Source: Candidatus Aenigmatarchaeota archaeon
GTDB lineage: Archaea; Aenigmatarchaeota; Aenigmatarchaeia; CG10238-14; SCSR01
NCBI GenBank assembly: GCA_018920185.1
Contig: JAHLMT010000001.1
Coordinates: 190,717-254,716, forward strand
Direction of reading: 5' to 3'
DNA length: 64,000 bases
The notes beneath the pieces were generated by a model. The model saw nothing but the letters and a program-made list of their open reading frames with translations. It did no database searches and was not told the origin of the DNA. Shown here piece by piece: positions 57,135 through 64,000 of the stretch. The number at the start of each line of letters is the position of its first letter. Position 1 is the stretch's first letter. The position numbers and the translations under genes were made by a program.

Positions 57135-57967
57135 TCTTCACCACCTTTAACATAAAGAAGATAGAAAGCTGGTGTTGTAGTTGAGTTGCTTCTGAACTTT
57201 TCATAGGATACATATAACGGAAATCCTGTTTCTGTTGGATACACATATATTGTTCTGGCATAGAGTAAGCCCGACATTTCTTTAGCTTTACCAACCGCAT
57301 CATCTAATCCACCAATTTCGTCGATTAAACCTTTATCAAGCGCATCATAACCAATAAAGAGCCGTGCGGTAAGCAATTCATCAGTAGTTGCCTTCAACTT
57401 ATCACCTCTGTGAGCTTCAACTATTTTCAGGAAATCTTGTTTCAACAATTCTAATGAACGAAATATCTCCTCTTCATCTACAGCTTGTTTGAAAGGACCA
57501 GAAGTTATTATACTTGATTTCTCCAATTCCTCCGGTATTTCAACTACGACACCGATACCTCCAACATCAGAAGATTGCTTGGCGAAAATGTAATCTGTTG
57601 CAACAGAAAGATAATAAGCGCCAGATGCAGCTGTATTATCGATAGATGTGACAACTGGTTTAATTGATCTTAATTTCAAAATTTTCAAATAGACTTCATG
57701 TATTTCAGGTGCACTTCCACCTGGGCTATTAATTCTTAACACGACAGCTTTCACATCGGTTCTTTTCTCCAAATCTTCTAATGCATTCAATATAGGTACT
57801 AACTCTTGGGAAAAAATGGCACCTTGTATGTTTAGAACAGCAATCTTTGCATCAAAAAAAGAATAAATCGCATATCCTGTCAGAGTCAAAGCTATCAAAA
57901 GAAGCACAAGTTCACGTTTATCAGTTCGTTTAGTAAAATGTCTAACCCATTTAACTAGAAAGCCCAT
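57131..57967 (-). CDS. sppA: Signal peptide peptidase SppA (36K type)
   Basis: N-terminal TM; ClpP/crotonase fold with INSPGGSA Ser box and Lys dyad region. Confidence 0.75.
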   Translation of the reverse strand: MGFLVKWVRHFTKRTDKRELVLLLIALTLTGYAIYSFFDAKIAVLNIQGAIFSQELVPILNALEDLEKRTDVKAVVLRINSPGGSAPEIHEVYLKILKLRSIKPVVTSIDNTAASGAYYLSVATDYIFAKQSSDVGGIGVVVEIPEELEKSSIITSGPFKQAVDEEEIFRSLELLKQDFLKIVEAHRGDKLKATTDELLTARLFIGYDALDKGLIDEIGGLDDAVGKAKEMSGLLYARTIYVYPTETGFPLYVSYEKFRSNSTTTPAFYLLYVKGGEE

Positions 57968-58029
57968 AACAATTCTTGAAAGAAAAACTATTAATCTCCA
58001 AAACCCGAATTGCGAAAGATTTAAATAAC

Positions 58030-59202
58030 TTATTGCAGCTTGTATCTTAAGAATCCTCCAATACCACCCAACTGTTTGAATTGTTTACCTTCTGGTGTAT
58101 CGGTAGAAATAAGTTCAACTTTAGTTCCAAAATTTTGTGCCTTTTCTGCTAACAATTCGCCAAGAGAATCTTTATCTTCCACATTTAAGGATTCCCCACA
58201 GATATCGCACGCTTGCCTTTCGATCTCCTCTTCAGGTAAATCTCTTTCAGTCTCGTGTGTATTACTACATTTTAACTTTACTCTCACCCAATCAAATCCT
58301 TCTGATATGAGTAAACTCTCGATAGCACCTAGATTAAGAGCTTCTATAGTTTGAGTGTATCCATAAACAACATTTCCTCCCTTCTGCAACTCTACAAAAA
58401 ATTTTTGAAGTAATTGCCTTTCTTTCATCACGGCAGCTTCTTTCAACAAGTCTTCAGAACGTTGTACCAACTCTTCAAATCCATGCTCACCAGTATATCC
58501 GATATCTTTAATACCCAAAATTTTTGCTCGTAATTGATAATTCAAATACTCACCTTTCACAAACTGATCTTTTATATAACCAGGACCGCCAATTAGAATA
58601 CCTTTCAATTCTGGTTGTCTCAAAAATGATTCTGATGCTATCTCGCCGACTTTTGTCAAGAAATTATTTATCGCATCTTCTCTTATCCTATCATACCTAA
58701 CTTGTGACATTCCACCTTTAATCGCCTTACCAGGTACAGTAGAGTCCAGATGTTTTAATTGAATAATTTTCTTTCCATGTAACAAACCGATGTCAGCTTC
58801 TTTCGCATCCAAGACAATCAAACCGTAAACTTCTTTTTCAGCAATCATTTCTCTTAAAGGATCTAAGACAAAAACTTGGTCACACCAATAAATTTTAGTA
58901 TTCATCTTTTCAGGAGGTTCGATACTCCAGATTTTCAAATCTTGCCTACCCTCGACAGGTGAGACATTACCACAAAAGACAATCAAACCATTTTCTGGTG
59001 TTTCTCTGAAAATTCTCAAATGCTGGATAATTTTTTCTAATGCGTCAAGTACGTTCTTTCGTGTTGCTTTTGATTTAATATTCATTGCAGTTGACTTCTC
59101 GGTGTAAAGCTGATTGATGATATCATTTAAATTATACCCTGCAGGAATGTATACAGAAATTAATTCAGTATGCCTTCCCCGTACTGATTCCAACTCTTTC
59201 AA
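58030..59202 (-). CDS. prf1: Peptide chain release factor aRF1
   Basis: NIKS motif present (AMNIKSKATRKN); the GGQ position reads GGMSQ in the DNA. Confidence 0.85.
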   Translation of the reverse strand: MKELESVRGRHTELISVYIPAGYNLNDIINQLYTEKSTAMNIKSKATRKNVLDALEKIIQHLRIFRETPENGLIVFCGNVSPVEGRQDLKIWSIEPPEKMNTKIYWCDQVFVLDPLREMIAEKEVYGLIVLDAKEADIGLLHGKKIIQLKHLDSTVPGKAIKGGMSQVRYDRIREDAINNFLTKVGEIASESFLRQPELKGILIGGPGYIKDQFVKGEYLNYQLRAKILGIKDIGYTGEHGFEELVQRSEDLLKEAAVMKERQLLQKFFVELQKGGNVVYGYTQTIEALNLGAIESLLISEGFDWVRVKLKCSNTHETERDLPEEEIERQACDICGESLNVEDKDSLGELLAEKAQNFGTKVELISTDTPEGKQFKQLGGIGGFLRYKLQ

Positions 59203-59350
59203 AAGTTTCTTTATCCTTAGTTTTATTTCGTCGTTAAATGCAGCTCACCACTTTTAATTTAGTCTTTTGCGAACTTAATTTATGTAATTGAAAGATATTT
59301 AAACTTTAAATTTCCTAATTATTTATATTAAGTGAGAGACATGGTTCCTG

Positions 59351-61159
59351 GTGGGCGACAAATCTTACTTGGCTAATTTAACTAATTCTTATTTAGATCA
59401 ATTACTATTTTCCGAGTGGCGTGGTGCCGATCTGCTTATTTTTTGTCTTTTAAAAGAAGGAGTTAAAGATATATTCGGCGTTAACGGTGGAGCTGTTCTC
59501 GAGATTTATCACAGATTACCCCGCACACCAATTAAAATATGGGATATGGCACACGAACAAGGTGCAGTACATGCAGCTGAAGGCTATAACGCAGTCACAG
59601 GCAGACCGGGTGTGGTCCTAGTAACATCTGGTCCGGGTCTCACAAACACCCTCACAGGAATAACTGATGCTTACATGGATTCCCGTGGAGTAGTTGTCAT
59701 CAGTGGTCAAGTACCGCGTGAAATGATAGGAAAAATGGCTTTTCAAGAAGCTCCTGTCACAGCAATGTCCCAATCGGTAACCAAATATAATATTTTAGTA
59801 ACTGAAATAAACAAGCTTCCTCATGAAGTTAAAAAAGTTTTTGCACTTTCGACTAATGGTAGGCCTGGTCCTACACATTTGGATATACCCAAAGATTTGC
59901 AACAAACGTTAGTAGGTGACACACCAGAAATTTTACAGTATGAAAATATACAAATAGAGTTGCCCGAACACGTAGATCAAGAATTGGAAAGAAAACTAGA
60001 TGATGTAGTCAACCTTCTTAACAAATCAAGAAAGCCTGTGATTTATGTCGGGGGTGGAGTAGTAACTGCGAGAGCATTCAAAGAATTAGACGAATTATCA
60101 ACATTGCTCTATGCACCTGTTGTGACAACTTTAATGGCCAGGACAGCGTACAGAAATAGTGAACTAAATCTAGGAATGTTGGGAATGCATGGAACTGAAT
60201 ATGCTAATTGGGCTGTTGACAAATGTGATGTATTATTAAACCTTGGTGCAAGATTTGACGACAGAGTTACTGGTGACCCTAGAAAATTTGCACCCAACGC
60301 TAAAAAAGTTCATGTAGACATCGACCAAAAAGAGCTAAACAAAAATGTTAAAGTCGATGTTGGAATTGTTGGAGATGTAAAGTATGTTATGAGAAGATTA
60401 CTACAAAAAGTAAGAGAACATTCAGAAGAATACAGAGCTCTTCACCAAGAATGGGTTGAACAGGTCAATCAATATAGAAAACAACATCTCTTAAGATTTA
60501 GAAATAATGGTAGATGGGTCGATGAAAATAACTATTATGAAATGTTGAAGGAATTAAGGAATAGTGAAATTATTAAACCACAACATGTAATGTTGGAATT
60601 ACGAGAATTGCTTGCCGAAAGAAATCCGATAATTACAACTGGTGTTGGAAGGCATCAGATGTGGGCAGCTCAGTACCTAGGTGATTTAGCAGAACATTTT
60701 ATAACTTCTGGAGGATTGGGAACTATGGGATTTGGTCTACCCGCTGCAATTGGTGCAAAAGTAGCAAGGCCGGATTCACTAGTGTTAAATATCGATGGCG
60801 ACAGAAGTTTTTTGATGACATTACAGCAATTGGATGTCTTAAGAAGATATAACCTACCAGTCAAAATCATTATACTCAACGATGGTGGACATGGAATGGT
60901 GAAGCAGTGGCAAGATACATTTTATCGCTCAAATTATGTAGCATCCGCTTACCCTTCTCCAGATTTTGTTAAAATCGCTGAAGGTTTAGGTGTAGATGGG
61001 ACGCGTGTAAATTCTGCTAGAGAACTAAGAGCTGAGTTAGAGAAAATGATAGATTCCAATAAGCCATTCGTCTTAGACGTTAAAGTAGATCCAAACGAAC
61101 ATGTATTACCAATGATTCCTCCAAAAGGAAGCTTTAATCAAATGATATGTCCTAAATAA
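59351..61159 (+). CDS. Thiamine-diphosphate enzyme of the acetolactate synthase large-subunit family
   Basis: N-terminal Pyr domain (GADLLI..., GPG), central domain, C-terminal TPP-binding GDGS-like region (DGDRSFLMTLQQL...NDGGHGMV). Confidence 0.75.
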   Translation: MGDKSYLANLTNSYLDQLLFSEWRGADLLIFCLLKEGVKDIFGVNGGAVLEIYHRLPRTPIKIWDMAHEQGAVHAAEGYNAVTGRPGVVLVTSGPGLTNTLTGITDAYMDSRGVVVISGQVPREMIGKMAFQEAPVTAMSQSVTKYNILVTEINKLPHEVKKVFALSTNGRPGPTHLDIPKDLQQTLVGDTPEILQYENIQIELPEHVDQELERKLDDVVNLLNKSRKPVIYVGGGVVTARAFKELDELSTLLYAPVVTTLMARTAYRNSELNLGMLGMHGTEYANWAVDKCDVLLNLGARFDDRVTGDPRKFAPNAKKVHVDIDQKELNKNVKVDVGIVGDVKYVMRRLLQKVREHSEEYRALHQEWVEQVNQYRKQHLLRFRNNGRWVDENNYYEMLKELRNSEIIKPQHVMLELRELLAERNPIITTGVGRHQMWAAQYLGDLAEHFITSGGLGTMGFGLPAAIGAKVARPDSLVLNIDGDRSFLMTLQQLDVLRRYNLPVKIIILNDGGHGMVKQWQDTFYRSNYVASAYPSPDFVKIAEGLGVDGTRVNSARELRAELEKMIDSNKPFVLDVKVDPNEHVLPMIPPKGSFNQMICPK

Positions 61160-63479
61160 TTTGGTGCATAGCTCTCAAATCTTTCTCAAATTGTTCTAAC
61201 ATCTTCGGTATTTTCATTTCAATAGGATCTTTTAGAGATATACCCATCTCCTTCTTTTTGCTCCATACATTAGAGTTGAACTCGATAATTTTCGGTGTTA
61301 ATTTAGATAATCGAGTATCCCATTTAGCTTTAGGAAATTCTTCTACGTGAATATGCATGTGATATAACTGTCGTGCAATGAAATCTGTTATGAAAGGAAT
61401 TATAGGTGCAAGTAACTGTAGGAGGGTTTTTAAACACGTATGCAGTGTAAACCAAGCTGATTCTTTTTCCTCTCTGTCGAATCCTTTACCGTAAGCACGT
61501 TTTTTGACCATTTCTATATAATGATCGGCAAAAACGTTCCAAGTAAATTCTCTTATTTTGTTAGCAGGAATAAAGAAATTAAAATCTTTGTATCCTTTCA
61601 TGCATTCTTCAATTAATTTACCGAGTTCGGCAAGAATCCATTTATCCGTATCTGTTAGCTTAGCTTTCTTGACAACTGGGAACATCGAAATGAATCTTGA
61701 AACATTCCACAGTTTTATCAAGAATTTTTCAGCATTTGCAATTCTCTGTTCCGAACATCTAAAATCAGCTCCAAGCGAAGCTTCAGCAGCACTCCAAAAT
61801 CTGAAAACATCTGCACCATATTTTTCCAACAAAGGAATGGGATCGATAACATTGCCTTTGCTCTTGCTCATTTTTTCTCCTTTTTCATCAACACCATATC
61901 CAGTTATCCACGCATGTTCAAATGGAGATTTCTTTGTTATCTGATAACATCTGAGCAGAGTGTAGTACAACCATGTTCTAATGATATCCTTCCCCTGAGG
62001 TCGCAGAGTGTTTGGATATGTTTTTGAAAAGAATTTCTTATCCTTCCCGTATTTTGAAATGAATAGTGGTGTAATACTCGAATCCACCCACGTGTCAAAA
62101 GTTCTTGTATCACCGATGAATTCCTTGCACCCACAGTTATCGCATTTCTTGAAAGGAGGCTCCTCTTTCCACGGCCGGTAATACTTTCCTGGTGGAGGGA
62201 CAAAAACCTTCTTACAATCCCTGCAATACCAGATAGGAATTTCAGTTCCGTAGTACCTTCTTCGTGAAATAGGCCAATCTATGCTGATGGCATCAATCCA
62301 ATCTAACAGAAGCTGTCTATGTGATTCGGGATGGAATTTTAATTTCATCGCCAAAGTTTTCATCTTTTCTTTCATGTCTAATTGCTTGATGTACCACTCG
62401 TTCATTGGTATGATTTCTATTGGATTTTTGCTTCTCTCGCATGTTGGTGTCCGATGAATAATATCTTCTTTTTTCACGACTAATCCATTCTCTTCTAAAT
62501 CTTCGATAATTTTCTTTCTCGCTTCTTCAACTGTCATGCCAGCATACTTTCCAGCATTTCGGGTAAGTTTACCTTCAGGGTTAAGTATGATGATCTCTTC
62601 TAATTTCAACTCTCTAAAAAGACGGACGTCTTCATAATCACCATAACTACATATCATTGCAGCACCAGTACCGAATTCAGGATTAGCTTGTGTATGTGTT
62701 ATGATTTTAACTTCTCTATTGAACAAAGGAACTATAGCAGTTTTACCAATTACATCACGATATCGCTCATCATCTGGATGGACTATAATAGTCTGACATG
62801 AACCCAAAAATTCTGGTCGAGTAGTCGCAATAGTTATTACCCCACCTTCTTTCAGTTTGAAATTGATGTAAACTAGCTTTGTTGGCAAATCTTTGTAGAC
62901 AACTTCAGCGTCTGCTATCGTAGTTCCACATGCCGTACAATAATTATTCGGTCTGGTGTCTTCGTAAACTAATCCTCTTTTCCAAAGCTCTAAGAACGTG
63001 GCTTGAGTTAAAGTACGATATTCTTCCGAGTCAGTTCGGTAATAGTTTTTAAAATCTGCAGACAAACCCATTATCTTCATTGTCTGAATCATTTCAGCTT
63101 CCAAATCATCTAAAGCGATTTTGCAGTATTCTATAAACTTTTCTCTCGGTGTTGTGTGGATTGATATGTTGAATTTCTTTTCTGTATAAAGCTCAACCGG
63201 TAAGCCGTTTCTGTCAATTCCTATAGGGAACAACGTTTCATAACCAAGCATTCTTGCAGTACGTGCTATCATATCTATTTGCGAGAAGTGAGCAGCTGCG
63301 CCAACATGCCACGGACGTCCTGACGGATACGGTGGGGGAGTGTCGATTACGAAAATGGGCTTCTTGGATTTGATGTTAAACCTGTATAATTTCTCCCTTT
63401 CCCAAAGTTTTCTTATCTTTTCTTCTAGTGAATGGTTCCATCTAATTTCTTTAATCCTAGGCTTCATGTAAATCTCCAT
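61152..63479 (-). CDS. leuS: Leucyl-tRNA synthetase (archaeal type)
   Basis: Class I HIGH variant PPPYPSGRPWHVGAAAHF; KMSKS as KMSKSKGN; CP1 editing domain present. Confidence 0.9.
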   Translation of the reverse strand: MEIYMKPRIKEIRWNHSLEEKIRKLWEREKLYRFNIKSKKPIFVIDTPPPYPSGRPWHVGAAAHFSQIDMIARTARMLGYETLFPIGIDRNGLPVELYTEKKFNISIHTTPREKFIEYCKIALDDLEAEMIQTMKIMGLSADFKNYYRTDSEEYRTLTQATFLELWKRGLVYEDTRPNNYCTACGTTIADAEVVYKDLPTKLVYINFKLKEGGVITIATTRPEFLGSCQTIIVHPDDERYRDVIGKTAIVPLFNREVKIITHTQANPEFGTGAAMICSYGDYEDVRLFRELKLEEIIILNPEGKLTRNAGKYAGMTVEEARKKIIEDLEENGLVVKKEDIIHRTPTCERSKNPIEIIPMNEWYIKQLDMKEKMKTLAMKLKFHPESHRQLLLDWIDAISIDWPISRRRYYGTEIPIWYCRDCKKVFVPPPGKYYRPWKEEPPFKKCDNCGCKEFIGDTRTFDTWVDSSITPLFISKYGKDKKFFSKTYPNTLRPQGKDIIRTWLYYTLLRCYQITKKSPFEHAWITGYGVDEKGEKMSKSKGNVIDPIPLLEKYGADVFRFWSAAEASLGADFRCSEQRIANAEKFLIKLWNVSRFISMFPVVKKAKLTDTDKWILAELGKLIEECMKGYKDFNFFIPANKIREFTWNVFADHYIEMVKKRAYGKGFDREEKESAWFTLHTCLKTLLQLLAPIIPFITDFIARQLYHMHIHVEEFPKAKWDTRLSKLTPKIIEFNSNVWSKKKEMGISLKDPIEMKIPKMLEQFEKDLRAMHQII

Positions 63480-64000
63480 GTGAATTGAAATTTAGAAATA
63501 GAAGTAAATAAAATAATTTCAAACAAGTACCCGTGATTCACCAGACATACTTCTCAAAAGATAATTGTTTAACAGGTTATTTAAATATGTGCTGGATATA
63601 ACACACTAATTTATAAAGGCAAAAAAAATAAAGTAAATTTACCTTGCCTTTAACGCCTGTGATTAGTAATGAGTCAAGCAAGCTATGAAATCACACGCAC
63701 GGGGCAAGGTGATACTTATTTCTGTCCAAACTGTGTCTTTTTTTCTTTGGTTTTTCGTATAACTACTACCTAGTTTTGCAATAACTAACAAAATTCGCAA
63801 GAATATTTATAGGCAGTTTATAGTTATTATTCACTGAATCTAGAATTTTGTTAACATCTTTTCCGTCTCTTATAGCCATTTTAACTGCCGTTTCATATAA
63901 TATCTCAGGATGAAATTGCACCCCCAAAAAAGTTTCTAATTTGATAAGATTCGCAAGAGTTAGTACTTATCACAAGTACAACTGACTTTTCTGGAAGGAC

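Noticed and set aside
63907-64000. C-terminal 31 codons of a minus-strand gene entering from beyond the window end (...VLVISTNSCESYQIRNFFGGAISS*)
   Set aside because: Too short to assign; reported here only for completeness.
1-64000. CRISPR arrays, rRNA genes, IS/transposase genes
   Set aside because: No regularly spaced direct repeats, no rRNA-like GC-rich blocks of appropriate length, and no transposase-like ORFs seen on manual scan.

Overview
AT-rich (about 30% GC) archaeal chromosomal segment. Archaeal-only markers (L44e, S27e, L40e, L14e, L34e, L19e, L32e, aRF1, TFS, PCNA, PriS, GINS, Cbf5, GatDE, DUF106) and a reduced gene order with no adk/cmk in the secY cluster suggest a small-genome, possibly DPANN-like, archaeon. 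Layout: (1) 0.2-6.0 kb, a tightly overlapping six-gene operon built around a 1142-aa Type IIG restriction-modification enzyme (FYTP/NPPY gamma-class m6A MTase plus N-terminal PD-ExK), preceded by a small wHTH protein and an Hjc-like PD-(D/E)xK nuclease and followed by surface proteins including a transglutaminase-like protein. (2) 6.2-13.6 kb, a patchy higher-GC block of bacterial-looking genes: minimal ATP-dependent DNA ligase, unknown 366-aa protein, lipoprotein, SDR epimerase, a PgaB/PgaC-like deacetylase plus GT2 synthase pair, and a protein combining a sigma-70 region-4 HTH with an RpoA alpha-CTD-like HhH. (3) gatD-gatE followed by an agmatinase / deoxyhypusine synthase / pyruvoyl-decarboxylase hypusination cluster, DRG GTPase, family-4 UDG, DUF72, TRAM. 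(4) A roughly 10.5-kb integrated element (21968-32481) ending at an intron-containing tRNA-Ser(UGA)-like gene. It has a tyrosine integrase, a 10-bp direct repeat of the tRNA 3' end at the far boundary, plasmid-type small Zn-ribbon/wHTH regulators, a membrane-anchored HNH nuclease, two ABC export systems (MacB/FtsX-type with a CARDB-like secreted protein; PadR plus ABC-2), and an unexplained 650-bp GC-rich non-coding block between integrase and tRNA. (5) Archaeal ribosomal protein cluster (Cbf5, L14e, L34e, DUF106, SecY, L15, L30, S5, L18, L19e, L32e, L6, S8) interrupted by two insertions (Ni-superoxide dismutase plus its SodX maturation peptidase; DUF763 plus a JAMM-like protein) and ending in PCNA instead of S14/L5. 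(6) TFS, signal peptidase, DUF99, an unannotated L40e, a 656-aa secreted metzincin, a tRNA-like element with no recognisable anticodon arm, CysRS, PriS-PP2C-GINS, L44e-S27e, two Hsp20s, SppA, aRF1 (GGQ motif reads GGMSQ), ALS-like TPP enzyme, LeuRS. No CRISPR array, rRNA or transposase found.
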